From Zygnema circumcarinatum SAG 698-1b (lineage: Eukaryota > Plantae > Zygnematophyceae), in NCBI GenBank assembly GCA_037447605.1, contig CM074813.1, forward strand, positions 2,852,001 to 2,916,000: a stretch of 64,000 nucleotides of DNA, read 5' to 3'. The position numbers and the translations under genes were made by a program. The notes beneath the pieces are model-generated. The model saw only the letters and a list, made by a program, of their open reading frames with translations. It ran no database searches and had not been told where the DNA came from. Shown here one piece after another: positions 14,376 through 26,990 of this stretch. The stretch's first letter is position 1. The number at the start of each line of letters is the position of its first letter.

Positions 14376-15599
14376 CGGGATTGGTTCGGTTTTTTTAAGC
14401 AGGTGTGTCTACTCGCCGCCGGCCCTTGCAGCTTTTCCTTTTTCCCCCTAAAAAGGCCAAAAAATTCTATCCTTGGAAGAATTCAGGTGTGAGATGCATT
14501 TTCCATTGAGGTGTTATCTTCTGCTCTGGGTCTTGGAACTTGAATTTTTGAACTTGAAGTTGAATTGAACTTTGACCCTCGAAGTTGAGCCGGAATGAGT
14601 TTCCGTTTTTCACAGTGGACAGCCAAGGCTACCACAAGATCCACCCACTGTGTGAAGGCTGCTGCACAACCGGAAAGACAATGTCAGTGGTGGATCCAGA
14701 ATTTTTTTGCTGAGGGAGTTTGAGCATAAATCCATAAGATAGGATTAAGAAAAGTTGAATTTTCTCTGCGAAGTCGAAGTCGGCCATCAGCAATATAACT
14801 TTGTTCCTTGTTATCGGCACAACGGAAAAACCCTATTTCCACAACGCAGCCATTACAAAGCAAGACAACCAATCACTGACCACCTGACGCTGTGCTGCTA
14901 GACGTTGAGCATTCTGTTACACATTGACCCCGTCGGGGTTCCACCAAAGTCGTCCAGGACTATGGTTGACCCGCACGTGTGAGATCCCGTTGATCCCGGA
15001 AAACATCCGGATCCCACGTGACATTCTCCACCCAACACCGCACCGGTCGCCAATGTATGTGGGTTCCATGTAGCGCGCAGTTACAACGCTGTTGGACCAG
15101 CCCGAAGTAGTCAAAAAAAAACAGTTCTCTGTGCAAATACAGTTCTATCCAGTGTTACGTCCGATTTGACACATGGGAACTAATAGATTTCGTAAACTAT
15201 CTGTAGTTCCATTACAGTTCGAGACTCACCTTGACGCGAGATCTGCGCAGATGTTACCGTACTGACTTGGAACATTATACGACAAGCATCGAATCTAGCA
15301 TTTTCTTGACTTTTGGCATTATGCTATGTCGGGCCATTGACGTGGCAGAATTCGAATCTCAAAAGTCCACTCCATATCCGATTCGTAACTTGACATTGAT
15401 GCGTACGAAAAATCGTATCCGATCCTTCAATTTGTCTTGTTGTTTCCCTAGTATCCGTACGTTCCGAGACCGGCAGCAACTCAGCCGGACCCGAACGAGC
15501 CCACCGTCCGGGAAACTGCCAGCCGTACGGCCAGGAAGCTGCGCGACGTGGCGCCCTGGGAACTTGGGTCGGACCGACGACCACATCGATGGCTGTAAG

Positions 15600-15800
15600 C
15601 GCGTCACGTGTTGGAACCCGCAAAGCGACAATAACAGACGGTGGAGATCCAGCGAAGTCGTTTTCGCACGTGCCATGGACTGCTCTCCGCGTGTCATGTC
15701 ACGTCACGTAACGTCACATCCAACTGTCCCTTCCACGTCACACCCGTCCGTATAGGACGAAACGTCACGTTATGTTTTGTCACGTCACGTCACATGACCC
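15600..15800. repeat. (ACGTC)n / TCACG pentamer-rich tract upstream of the TTC39-like gene
   Basis: Repeated GTCACGTCACGT units, e.g. 15696-15720 and 15779-15795; TGACG/ACGT cores. Confidence 0.6.
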
Positions 15801-15887
15801 CGTTGGGAGGTTGGGACGGTGCACAAAAGAAAGACCGGTCTCGAGAATCGAACCAGTGGAGACGTGCCACGTGGAGATACGTGCACA

Positions 15888-15906
15888 CGTGGCGTGGCAG
15901 GATTGG
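15888..15906 (-). promoter_or_regulatory. ERSE-type composite CCAAT-N9-CCACG upstream of the TTC39-like gene
   Basis: CGTGG-cgtggcagg-ATTGG, with a 1-mismatch copy CCAGT-N9-CCACG at 15853-15871. Confidence 0.55.
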
Positions 15907-16249
15907 AGATGCTGGTCTGTGTTCAACGACTCCGCCTGCTGGTCCCCTTCTTGCAAGAGCAGAGAGACCTGCACATCCTGCTCTTGCTCTTGCAGGGCTG
16001 AGTATGCGAGCGGAAGGTTTTCTGAGAGCGCAGAAATCTCACATTACGCTGTTTTCTGCAGAATGTAGCTTAATTTGTATTCAGATTTCATTTCTTTGTC
16101 AGGACTCATTTACAGTCCAGTGTTGAGAGAGGGCGAGAGAGAGAAGAGGGAGAGTGAGAGAGAGAGAGACAGAGAGAGAGGGTGAGAGGGAGAGAGAGGG
16201 AGGGAGAGAGAGAGGAGCAGAGAGAGAGAGGGAGAGAGGCACCGGAGCC

Positions 16250-19200
16250 ATGGACGCGACAGAGCGTGCCGATGCGCTCCTCCGTGCAGTTCAACTGATT
16301 ACTCAACTGCAGCACAAGGAAGCGGAGAAGCTGCTGCAGCCTCTTGCCGCTGAGCAGGACGTTGCAGTCCTAACCTTGATGGCGGAGATGGCGTGGCTCC
16401 GTGCCATGATCAGTGAAGACAAGGACGACCTAAAGGAGGCGCACTCGCGCTTGGAGGCTGCCGAGGCTCAGGCTCTGAAAGGCTGTGACAGCCAGCGGGG
16501 CACGCTCCTTGGAAGCCTCTACAAGCTTGCGTCTTGGCAGAGCACTAAATTCCGCGGGGAGTTTTCAAAGGAGAGACTGCAAGAAGTTAGCAATTGCACA
16601 AATCTGGCATATGTTTATCTCATGCAAGCGCTCGCGGGGTTTCGGGGATCGACAAAGAACTACATCTCTGGAGCTTTCAAGGTGAGATGCGAGGGCTCTT
16701 TTAGGTTTGGTTGTTTGTTTTCTCCCTCTCTGAATCATACTCCTCTCATTTTGTACGTCTCTCCTTCTCTCCTCTCTCGTCTTCCTTCTCCCTTGTCGTC
16801 TTAACTCTTTGTCTTCGTTTCCCTCCTGTTGCCTCTCCCCCTTCTCCCCGTCCTTGTGGCACCAAGTCCTCTCCTTGCCATTTCTACATCTCCTCTCTCC
16901 CTCTCGACCTCTCCCCATCCTAGACATGCATGCGCTCGCAAGCAGACCATGCTTATTTGAACTTTGCCACTTCTTCCGACTTTATTTTCTTAAACTCAAT
17001 GAAATCAAGCGCTCTCTCTCTAACCCGTCCTAAGTTCGTGGTATCTCCCACAGCTTAAAGCTGCATGGCGCCTCTACAAGCAGCTGTGGGAGAATGAGGT
17101 CCTCGCAGAATGCTCCACACCTTCTCCCTCCAACTCTTCCACTCCCTCCAGCAGTTGGAGAGAACTTGTGTGGGAGATGAGGACTAGCAAAGCAGGCAAC
17201 ACGCCTGCAAGCACTCCCCGGACAAAGCGGCGGATACAGACAGAGGCGGTTCTTGAGTCCCTTTCTCAATCTCCTGGAGATGCTGCAGTGTCAGGGAATG
17301 ACGCTGCTGAGCTTTCGAACAGATTCAGTTTTAAGATTTCGGAGAAGAAGGATGGCATGGACGTTGGCAGTCACTTACCTCCGTCCGTGGTCGCAGATAT
17401 CTGCTACGGTGAGCATTAACGTTGCGATCAGAAGCAAACTTTGGACGAGGTTGGAAGTCACTTTCTGACACTGCATTGCAAAAACGAGCGAATGAAAAGT
17501 CTTTTTTTGTCATCTGCTGCAACAAAAAGTGCGTTAGACTCTCACGACAGCTGTCTGCTACTTTTATGTGAACGCATGTGCAGGCCTGGGGGGTTTCCAC
17601 TTTTTTGTGTCGATGGTGCCCACGGGGTTTAAGTGGATCGTAGAGTCGTTGGGGTTCAGGGGCGACCGAGAGGCCGGGAAGAGAGAGCTGCAGGAGTGTG
17701 TGGCTAAGGGGGGGCACAGGCAAGCCAGCGCACTCCTCCTACTCCTCTGGATGGACACTTTCTTTTACAAAGAGCGCAAAAAAGCGGAGCAGCTTCTTCT
17801 GCAGGCCTCCTCCATGTAAGGCGCTCATAGGCCTTCCCTTCCACCCCATTCCCCCCCCTTCTTCAAACTTTCCTGAAACGTGGAGCTGCTGGGAGAAGGG
17901 GTGCTGGTAGCTTTTGGTTTTTCTTTGGATTCAGTTTTGCTTCATTGGTGGAAACAGGCTGGAGGACGGTGGGAAGAGTCCGAGCCCACTGTTTCGGTAT
18001 ATGGGGGGCTACTTGGCGAGAGTTCAAGGGCATCTGGATGTTGCTGTTTCTCGGTTTGCTTGTGCCATGGAATCCAGCACAGAGGTAGAGACTCCCTCTT
18101 TCATACTCTCCCTATCCCAGGTGGAAGGAATTCAGGCAAGAAGGGGTTACTAGCAGAATTGTGCGGCAGGGTATTGGTTTATTTAGTTTAAAAAAGACCT
18201 CCACTCCCCTCCTCACCTTCCCTTCCACCATCCCCTCCCCCTCCACCTCCCTCTCTCCTCTTCCCTTCCTCTGCCGACCCTTCTTCCCTACCTCCTCCCA
18301 CCCTGCACTTTCCCTCTCCCGACATCCCCAGCCTCAATTCCTCCTCTTCCCTGCATGTATTGCAGAGCCGCCTATTGCAGCTAATGTGCCTTTACGAAAT
18401 GGGGTGGTGTCATTACCTACGATGTGACTTTCCCACTGCAATTGAGCACTACGAGCCCTTTATGAGAGAGTTCAAAGCTCCCAGCTACCGCGCATATTGT
18501 GCTTATCAGCTCGGCTGTGCTCTTGACCTCACTGGGCGCACAGCAGAGGCTCGACCATACATGGCATCGGTGAGAGCCAGCCTCCCACACCCCAATGGGA
18601 GAATCTGAAGACCTGTAATTTAGGTTGAAGGGACTGAGTATTGTTACAGGGTAGCAGCAACTGCTTGCTTTAATGGCCCTGCAAGTCGCTAAGGTATTGT
18701 TTTGACAGTCATAGATCGGAACGGTTCTACTTTTATTGCTCATCAGTCATCTGTCCAAATACTCAACGTGCATCAGTGGCAAAGGGGACGTCAATCGTAT
18801 CTTTGATAAAAGGAAAAGTAGGTAAGGTTATAATCATGAGCACAGTTCCATAACAACATTCATCGTCATTCATTGTTATCTTCGGAATGAATTCACCAAC
18901 ACCTTCAAATCCCTAAAGCTCGAAACTGAAGAATTGGTGCAGGTACACAAGTTGGTACGGAAAAACTTCACTTTCGACCAATACGCTGCGAGAAAGGCGG
19001 CTCAGTGGCTGAAATTGGGCAAGCTGTCGCCATTTGAGAGGACCATAATTTTCCCAATGAATCACATGGAAGCCAAAAAACCAGCCCTTGGCCTCATGGC
19101 ATTGGAGAACGCAAGAAAGACTCTCACGCAAAAGACTTTGAGGTAAATGGATAAACATTAAGGTGAAGGATAATGAAAGAAAAGAACGGCGAAGTGGATG

Positions 19201-20005
19201 AAGAGCCAATATTGTAACTTCTACCTTGTTCCGCCCCTTTCCTTAACGCGTTGTCTTTCGTCTGTTGCAGGAGCCTTACAATAGCACTGCCGAGCCGTGA
19301 ATGCATCTCAACAGCTATTGGAAAGGGAGGGAGAGAGGTAGGAGTCGGAGAGGGAGAGGAGGCTCCTTCTGAGGACTGCATGACGGAGCTTGTGGTAGAT
19401 GAAGTACTGATTTCGGATGACAGCTCAGCAGTGTACTGTTACCTTCTTGGACGCGGGCTGCGGGGCATTTCTCGCTTTACAGAGGCCATCGAATGCTTTC
19501 AGGTGAAAAAAGTTCTAAGCCTGCTTGTCAACCCTTGTCATCCTCACTGTGGACTTTTGTGACTCTGGGAAGTTTCAATTGTTTGGGCCGCAGAGGGTTG
19601 TGGAGAAGGAGGCGCTGATCAAGGAGGAGGTCTACATCCTGCCGTACACATACTGTGAAATAGGGGAACTCTTGATGAGGGAGGAACGCTTTGAAGAGGC
19701 TTGGGTAAACCTCCGGATAGCAAAGACAAGGTGGGTGGAAAGGGAGAGGGAAAGGGAAAGGGAAAGGGAAAGGGAAAGGGAAAGGGAAAGGGAGAGGGAG
19801 AAGATCTAAGGGGCAGATTTCCCTGAAAACCCTAAGTATTCTACAAACTTTAAAGGAGATGTCCCACATGAATAAGCATTCAACCTAATCTAATCATGAA
19901 GTTTCTGCTGGCTGCGTTGGCAGGTTTCAAAATTTTGATTTTGACAAACCGCTGGGACGCCGATTAAAGCTTGCACTCGACACGCTAAAAGGTAAGAAAA
20001 AGTAG
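16250..20005 (+). CDS. TTC39: TTC39/Iml2-family TPR protein, ~666 aa; exons 16250-16681, 17054-17408, 17584-17815, 17958-18084, 18366-18569, 18943-19142, 19271-19502, 19594-19730, 19924-20005
   Basis: GAFKLKAAWRLY, GFHFFVSMVPTGFKWIVESLGFRGDREAG (cf. family LGFxGDRExG), LYEMGWCH, FDQYAARKA, YILPYTYCEIGEL and the C-terminal NFDFDKPLGRRLKLAL match the TTC39 architecture. Junctions are in frame. Confidence 0.8.
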
Positions 20006-20469
20006 AGCGGGTCTTGACGGGAGAGGAGTACGTGGTGACGAGGTCGTTCCTTCATTGGTTCGCAAAAGACAGGTATCGCATGTCTTGACTTATGTTTCCT
20101 TGGCTTGACTTTTGTGGGTAGTAAGGATGACGAGGATGATGGTATACTATGGAGGGAAGAGAGAGCATAGAGAGCTGCGCCTGTACAGAGTCGCGTGGTT
20201 AGCTCAGCTGTGCTCAGAGTAGGGCTGGTGGGTGGTAGTAGCAAATGGACAGAGCCTTTTAGTGCCCAACAGCAGTTTGTTATCTCTTTTTGTACCCTGA
20301 ATTTGTTTTATGCTTCGATTTCCTGGGAAGAGCCGTCTTTTCCTGCCAATTTCCTTTTGTATGGGCTGTATGTGCCCTGAGAAAATCTCAGTATACCAAT
20401 CAGAGTCTAACGCAGAGCTTGTAGGAAGAGAGAGCGTCAAACCCTAACGAGATCACGTGTTTACGAATA

Positions 20470-20669
20470 GGGGGGGGTCAAACTTAACACATGGCCAAAT
20501 CAATTTAGTAAGCCTGTCGGGCGAATTAAGCATTGGCTAGGTACGCATTTCTGTACGGCTAGGTTCGGCGGAGCCGCGGATCCTGACCCAGAATTCGTAC
20601 ACGGAACTTTGACTTTTAGTATATTAAATTCGGGAATTTAGTACGCTCCGGGCTAAGTTTGACCTCCCC
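20470..20669. mobile_element. 200-bp MITE with G-rich TIRs and TA target-site duplication
   Basis: TA|GGGGGGGGTCAAACTT...AAGTTTGACCTCCCC|TA; homologous inverted copy at 35926-36125. Confidence 0.8.
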
Positions 20670-20730
20670 TAATACGGTAGTCCGCAGGAATCCTCGCCGA
20701 AAGATCGCCTAAGAATCCTGGACCGGATAT

Positions 20731-20990
20731 TGTCCACGCTGGCAAAACGACGCGCGCGATTGGACAGAAACGTCCACGCTGGCACGAGGACGAGCGCTGA
20801 TTGTTTGGGTAAAAGTCCATCCTGGCACAATGGCGCGCGCTGATTGAAGACGATATTCCATGCTGGTTAAATGAACCGTGCTGATTGGATGGGAGAGTAC
20901 ACGCTGGCAAAACGACCCGCGCTGATTGGGTGGATATCCGCCTGTCCTAGTTCGGGCATTGGTCTGTGGACACGTGCGTTCTCGCTATCC
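20731..20990. repeat. Degenerate ~42-bp tandem array (5-6 units)
   Basis: Units of the form GTCCACGCTGGCA-N-GCGCGCTGATTGG start near 20732, 20772, 20815, 20856 and 20897. Confidence 0.7.
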
Positions 20991-21476
20991 GATTGGTGGC
21001 ACACTAGCAAAAGGCCACGTCGGTCTGCCCGTGTCGTGCCTCCAAACCTGATTGGTCCGACGCGCTCAACCGGTTGGCAACCATCACATTGTGCATGAGA
21101 GGCGGTTATTGTTGAACAACCCAACGCAATGGTAGGGTCCTTACTGGATGTGAGGTGGTGAATCTTTTGCGCTCCTAGACGCAACATGGGAGCTTCCCAA
21201 GCGCGCAACCTCACGAGTCTCAAGCCAAGGTAGGGCACATTGTTCTGAAGGATTTTTTAGGATTTTCAACCAATCAGAACGTGTTGTTGCACGCGTGAAA
21301 ATACAGACATTGTTCATGTCTACTCTAGGCGCCAACCCGCACTTTTAAGACCTTTAGAGCCCCAAACGGACTTTCGGAAACCAAGAAGTCCTGCGTTAAG
21401 TACCAGCGACGCCGTTTTACGTCACTCCCAACTGACCACTTAGAGGTCGCCACGTGTTAAAACAATTCACAATAAA

Positions 21477-21495
21477 CCAATCAGAGTTCGCCACG
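21477..21495 (+). promoter_or_regulatory. ERSE-type composite CCAAT-N9-CCACG upstream of the ARM gene
   Basis: CCAAT-cagagttcg-CCACG, with a 1-mismatch copy CCACT-N9-CCACG at 21436-21454. Confidence 0.55.
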
Positions 21496-22298
21496 TAGTC
21501 CATATACTTGACACCGACCACTCACCGCCAGCCAGATCCATAACCTTCAGCTCGCTTTCTGATCGCCTAGAAAACGACACGTGTCCATGTAATCTTTTCG
21601 GAAAATTGGATCTGGAAATGGACAAACAGAATGCCCACAGAGGCAGGAGAGGAAACATCTCATTCTTTGGATTTTGCGCCACCGACACAATCGGCTTGCG
21701 GCCTTACTGTATCCCACAATCTCTTCAGATACGAAACGGATCTCAAAAGTACAATGTGGTGTCGATGGATTTCTTAGCCTTAAAAATATCTGGAAATCTG
21801 ACGAATATTTAGGCGCCACGTGTCAAACAATCTCCTGAACGTTCATCCACAGCCGCATTTTTAGACTTTCGGATATGAAAAGATTTGAGATCCGTATCCA
21901 ATCTGGAGATCTTGTCAGCATCTCTGTGCACGGGAAACGACAAATGGGAGGCCCCTGTTCACACAGCCAAGCGGGCAGCGGGTGACGTGGATGCCAGCCG
22001 GTGCCAGCTGGTGGGCGACGGCCGTCTGCCGTAGCAACCTGGAGCGCTTGATTACCTCTCCTGCCAATATCGGGCGATGTGGGCGGGGGCGGGGAGAGAG
22101 GGAGAGAGGGAGGGAGGGAGAGGGAGAGGGAGAGTGGGAGAGTGGGAGAGAGGGAGAGAGGGAGAGAGGGAGAGAGGGAGAGGGAGAGGGAGAGGGAGAG
22201 AGCAGGAGAGCAAGAGAAAGCGAGAGAGTTGGAGGGAGGGAAGCGCCGAGGGAGCAGGAGAAGAGCCGCGATGAGGAGGTAGGCCGACAGAGGAGGCG

Positions 22299-25200
22299 AT
22301 GGGCACCGACTGCTTCCCCCGACGAGGCCGCGAAAAGTCAAAGTCAAAATCAAAGCCCCGAACTATGATGGCGCCGCCCTCCTCTCCACCGCCACAGGTG
22401 AAAGTCGGCAGTCACAGAACGCAGCGACGCGCCGTTCCGTTGAACATCACGGATAGCACGCACACGGAGTCGGACTCCGACACTTGGGTCAAGAATTCAA
22501 GCTCTTCTTCAGAAGGTGGGGTTCAGGGCCGCAGCTGCAACTTGGAGGAGAAGCAGGGGGAGGAGGGGGAGAGGGAGAGAGAGAGGGATGGGGAGGGGAA
22601 GGGGGAGGTGGAGAGGGAGAGGGAGGGGTGTGGGAAGGGGGAGGGGGAGAGGGAAAGGGAGGGAAATGGGGAGAGGGATGTGGAGAGGGAGAGGGATGGG
22701 GAGAGGGAGAGGGAGGGGGAGGGGGAGGGGGAGAGAGAGAGCACGCCCAGCCCCGAGGAGAGTCCGACTTCGACGATTGAGGCAGGGGCTTCCACGTGGC
22801 AGCGTCAGAAGGGCTACGGTTTCAAAGAAGACGAGGCTCTGAATTCTCGCAATGTGACGAAGGAGAAGCTCTCCAAAAACTTCAGAAGCAGCAGCCCAGA
22901 TAAGAAGGGATGGGATATGGGGAGCTCCTTGAAGCAGCATAAGACGAATGATGATTCCGAAAAGAGAGAAAAGAGAGTTGTTTTGAGTCTGGAGCTTCCC
23001 GAGCCCCTTTCATTTCCAACGTTTTCGGGAAGCGGCAGCAGCCCGAGGTGCCCCATTTGGCCTTCCATTAGTAGCGATGAGGAGGGAGCAGACAGGGAGC
23101 CAACTGATTCAATACTGACTGCTTCTTCTTCTTCTTATTCGATTTCTACCTCTTCTTCTTCTTCTTCATCTTCATCCTCTTCTTCTTCTTTCTCTACTTC
23201 TTCGTCTTCGTCGTCTTCTACTCCTTCTTTCTCTTCGTCTTCCTCTACTTCATGTTCGTCTTTCTTTTCTTCATCATCTTCTGAATCTTCATCCTCATCT
23301 TCATCTTCATCTGCGACTTCATCATGTTCACTTTCTTCCTCCTATTCTCTCTCTGCTGCGGAGCGACTCTCGTCCTCAGTCAGCCATGGCGGCATTCCCC
23401 GAGCTCCTCTCCCTCAGCATAGGAGATCCCAGTCAAGTGGAAGCCTCCCCTTAGATCAGAGTAGCCATGGCTTCAGTAGTAGAGTTCTCTATGATCAACA
23501 GCTTCCAAAAAGCCGATCGCTGAAGGAGCAGGGCACTACAAGCAGGGAGCTTAGCCTTAGAAGAAGGTCCTGGAAGGGTCTAGAAACCACGAGTTCAGAA
23601 GGGAGTTATAGCTCAGGAAGCTTTAGTGACCAACCGTTTCTTGTGTCGCCCAGACGGAGAAGCTCTCGCAGAAGTGGGGAGAGAGAGAGAGAGAGAGACA
23701 CTTCTCCCTTCATGATGAGCCCGAGAGTGAGTCCGAGAGAGAGTCCGAGAGGAGGGGGACCTGCTCGGTCTCACTCTTGGGGAGAAGATCAGTTCAACAC
23801 TATCAATGATGTTCCGTGGTATAAAGATCTTGAATCTCCAAAGCTTCGAAAGTCTCTCTCTGCAAAATGGACCTCCAATTCTACTTCCTCGGAAGCGGAG
23901 GACAATGAAGACATTGATAGGATGTTGGAGCAGCTTAAAGGAAAGAGCCATCAAGGTAGAAAAAGTGCCATTCGGGAGATTCGGAGCCTCCTTAAAAAGC
24001 GACCTGAAAAAAAGGGGAGAGTGGTGATGGCAGGTGCGATTGAACCCATGGTTCAATTGCTGCGATCGATCGATGTTTCCGCAATAGAAGATTCTATATC
24101 TGTTCTTTTTAATTTAGCTCTTACTGAAGACTGCCATTCTCAGATCATGGAGGCTGGCGGAATCGATGCATTTGTGGAGGTGATCCGTGTTGAAAATTCC
24201 GTTGGAACTGCAGCGGAAAGTGCTGCAGCTGCCCTCGTGACAATGTGTCACAACGAAGAAGGGAAGCTACTTATGTGGTTAGCAGGAGCGATAAAGCCGT
24301 TGGTAGAGATGTTAAGAGAGAATTCATTAAGAGGCAAAAAGGATGCAGCTTTAGTTCTGTATCAGCTCTCCATGGAGACTGTCTGTGCCTGCGATATTGT
24401 TCAACTCGGAGCAGTCGGAGTGCTGCTGAAACTCTCCCTTGATTTCGCATTGGAAGAGAAGGCAATTGCTATTTTGTCAAATTTATGCTGCACTGCAGAA
24501 GGTAGGGCAGCGGTTTATGAGTGTGAGGGAGCTTCGATTCTATCCGAAGTTATGGAGTTTGGGTCTGCGAGAGCGAGAGAGGATGCAGCTTACTGTCTTT
24601 TAAGTTTGTCGGAATGTGGGAAAGGAGGAGAGAGTGAGGGAATGCCTATGCCCTCCTCACCCATGTCATGTGGCTACTCCTCCATGCCATCCTCCCCCAT
24701 GCCGAGTGAAGGAGGTGACTTCATGGAGCAGGCAGATGGGGAGGATATGCAAGAAATAGAAGCCCTGATTGACTCCATAAAGCATGGAGGGGGAGAAGAG
24801 AGGAAGGTGGCAGTTCGGAAACTTAGGGTTTTGGTTAAGAATAGGCCCAAGAACAAGCTGAAAGTGATGGCTGCAGGAGGGATAGAGCCTTTAGTTACAT
24901 TACTTCGGTCGAAGGAGAGTGCTCAGGTAGTGGAGGATACTGTCACAACAGTACTCAATCTCTCAACCAGTGGAGAATCATGCAGAGAGGAGATTGTGGC
25001 GACAGGTGGCATCGACGCATTGGTGGATCTGCTGGACACAAGCAGTCAGAAAGTCTTGGAGAATACAGCAGCAACCCTATTCTGCCTTTCTAAAAACAAA
25101 GAAAATCGAATGCTTATCCACATGGCGGGAGGAATAAGACGCCTTGTGCGTGTTCTTGAATCTGCTTCAACCCGCGGCAAAAAAGACGCCGCACTCGTCC

Positions 25201-25658
25201 TATTCAACCTCGCCTTGGACCCAATCTGTGCCTTTGAAATCGTGCAGGAAGGAGCTGTGTCGATTCTTCTCAACTTAGCTGCCACGGATATGAGTGTGGA
25301 AGAAAAGGCCATTGCTGTATTGTCGAAATTGGCCCACAATGCAGAGGGAAGAGCCGCCATTTTTGAAGGAGGAGGAATTCCGATGCTGGTAGATGCTTTG
25401 GAAGGAGCTTCCAAAAGGACGAAGGAAGATGCCGCCTGCTGCCTTCTTGCTTTGGCCAACAACGTTCCTGAAGCGTTGGATGCGATGCTATCTGAGGGCG
25501 TGATGCTGCCACTTGTCGGCCTCTCATTGGGCAATAGCCGCGCCAGGGCGGGCGCCAAGGCCCTGGTTCAGCTCCTGCGTGCGCGCAAGCACAGAGGGGT
25601 GCGCCCAACCGGGTTGGGGCACATGAGGGGGAGGATTGCAGCCTGTGGGACGGGTTGA
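22299..25658 (+). CDS. Intronless armadillo-repeat protein (PUB-like ARM blocks, duplicated), long Ser/Glu-rich N-terminus, no U-box seen
   Basis: 1119-aa ORF with two homologous ~250-aa blocks: [13 protein letters not shown] / [23 protein letters not shown] twice, EEKAIAIL / [13 protein letters not shown] twice, [10 protein letters not shown] / [10 protein letters not shown]. The start may be at MMAPP, ~70 nt downstream. Confidence 0.88.
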   Translation: MGTDCFPRRGREKSKSKSKPRTMMAPPSSPPPQVKVGSHRTQRRAVPLNITDSTHTESDSDTWVKNSSSSSEGGVQGRSCNLEEKQGEEGERERERDGEGKGEVEREREGCGKGEGEREREGNGERDVERERDGEREREGEGEGERESTPSPEESPTSTIEAGASTWQRQKGYGFKEDEALNSRNVTKEKLSKNFRSSSPDKKGWDMGSSLKQHKTNDDSEKREKRVVLSLELPEPLSFPTFSGSGSSPRCPIWPSISSDEEGADREPTDSILTASSSSYSISTSSSSSSSSSSSSSFSTSSSSSSSTPSFSSSSSTSCSSFFSSSSSESSSSSSSSSATSSCSLSSSYSLSAAERLSSSVSHGGIPRAPLPQHRRSQSSGSLPLDQSSHGFSSRVLYDQQLPKSRSLKEQGTTSRELSLRRRSWKGLETTSSEGSYSSGSFSDQPFLVSPRRRSSRRSGERERERDTSPFMMSPRVSPRESPRGGGPARSHSWGEDQFNTINDVPWYKDLESPKLRKSLSAKWTSNSTSSEAEDNEDIDRMLEQLKGKSHQGRKSAIREIRSLLKKRPEKKGRVVMAGAIEPMVQLLRSIDVSAIEDSISVLFNLALTEDCHSQIMEAGGIDAFVEVIRVENSVGTAAESAAAALVTMCHNEEGKLLMWLAGAIKPLVEMLRENSLRGKKDAALVLYQLSMETVCACDIVQLGAVGVLLKLSLDFALEEKAIAILSNLCCTAEGRAAVYECEGASILSEVMEFGSARAREDAAYCLLSLSECGKGGESEGMPMPSSPMSCGYSSMPSSPMPSEGGDFMEQADGEDMQEIEALIDSIKHGGGEERKVAVRKLRVLVKNRPKNKLKVMAAGGIEPLVTLLRSKESAQVVEDTVTTVLNLSTSGESCREEIVATGGIDALVDLLDTSSQKVLENTAATLFCLSKNKENRMLIHMAGGIRRLVRVLESASTRGKKDAALVLFNLALDPICAFEIVQEGAVSILLNLAATDMSVEEKAIAVLSKLAHNAEGRAAIFEGGGIPMLVDALEGASKRTKEDAACCLLALANNVPEALDAMLSEGVMLPLVGLSLGNSRARAGAKALVQLLRARKHRGVRPTGLGHMRGRIAACGTG

Positions 25659-26990
25659 AGGTCAATGTTCGAGAGAAAGGAATTCGTATTTTATTAAAAG
25701 GGATATTGGTAGGAACATTACAGAGAGAATGTAGAGGCATTTATGAGTTTTATCTTTTTTTTTTTACGAAAATGGGCGGTATTGTAAGCGCATTTGTGGG
25801 TTTTTTCAGGGTTGGGGTAGGAAGGATAGTAGGGAGCAGTAGGCGTAGAGTAATGCAGCGGCTAAGAGGAGGGGGCTATCAGAAGGGTGTGGGAATGTAT
25901 GTACAGTGGTTGTCCCCCTTATTTATTTTTTTCTTCTTTATGGAAATGTATCAAACCATCAAAGAATTTAATTCTTATGGAAGGCAGACTTTGAACCCGG
26001 CAGGAGGAGAGGGAAAAGCTCCAAGCAACGAGAAACTAGATCTCAGCTCTTACCCAAATACGCATTCGTCCATGTATGGGATGCCCGTTCTTTAATATCC
26101 TCTCAGTCTCTCTCTCTCTCTCTCTCAAATAAGAGAATGGCATTGAACTTCCCCTCCCCCTCCCCCTCCCCCGCGATCTCTCGCTCGCGCTCTCTCTTTC
26201 TCTCTTTCGCTCTCTCTCTCCCTCTCTCTCTCTCTTTCCCTCCTGTCATTGATTGGCACAAAATTGAAAATTGGGGCACCATACAGAACGAACAATGCCT
26301 TTCTCTCCAACTTCAAAAAAAAATAAAAAAATACTCCCTCTCTCTGTGAGCGCTCGCGACTGCCTCCCTCTTTTACTGCAGGGCTTGAAGGGCTCGCAGC
26401 GTACAACTCTTTGTCTTTTCTGAAGTATGGTTGTACGGATTACATTTGTTTTAAAAAGAAAATAACATTTTTTTCTTTCATTTGTGGCCCTCCGCGAACC
26501 CACAGTCCAACAAATCCAATCATTCGATGCCACCTGTACAAAACTGTACATGTGGCAAGATGTATTCAATAGTACATTGCCACGTGTACGCGCTTGCAGA
26601 CGTGGCGTACTGAGTTGGACTCTTGGTCGCAGAGCTAACGAGCCAAAAAGTGAACGCCGGCGCTCCCTCCCTCCCTCCCTTCCTCCCTCTTCGCTTGCAG
26701 GCTGCGGAGGCAGGAAAAGGTAAGGAAACTATGTCAGACAGATGAAACAGGTCAAACTGAGAGGGGGCGTATTGATCATTAGGTTATTATGTGAGCATGC
26801 TGAATGGATTTGTTTGAGAAATGATGTTTCTTGCATCTGAAATGGCTGTATATTTGCAAGGATTGAGAGCGTGATAGAAACGTGGCTTGTAAGGAATGAT
26901 AAGATGTTTTTTTCATCAATCTTGCTGCAAATATTGATAGCTGACACATATGTTTCTATTTTACTGTATCCACTTGCGACTTTTGGCCAG

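Noticed and set aside
14638-14715. hAT-like terminus CAGTGGTGGATCCAGAATTTTTT
   Set aside because: No correctly oriented partner TIR or 8-bp duplication was found.
20731-20990. CRISPR-like appearance of the 42-bp array and the 104-bp array at 38513
   Set aside because: Eukaryotic context, no identical repeats with unique spacers, and no cas genes.
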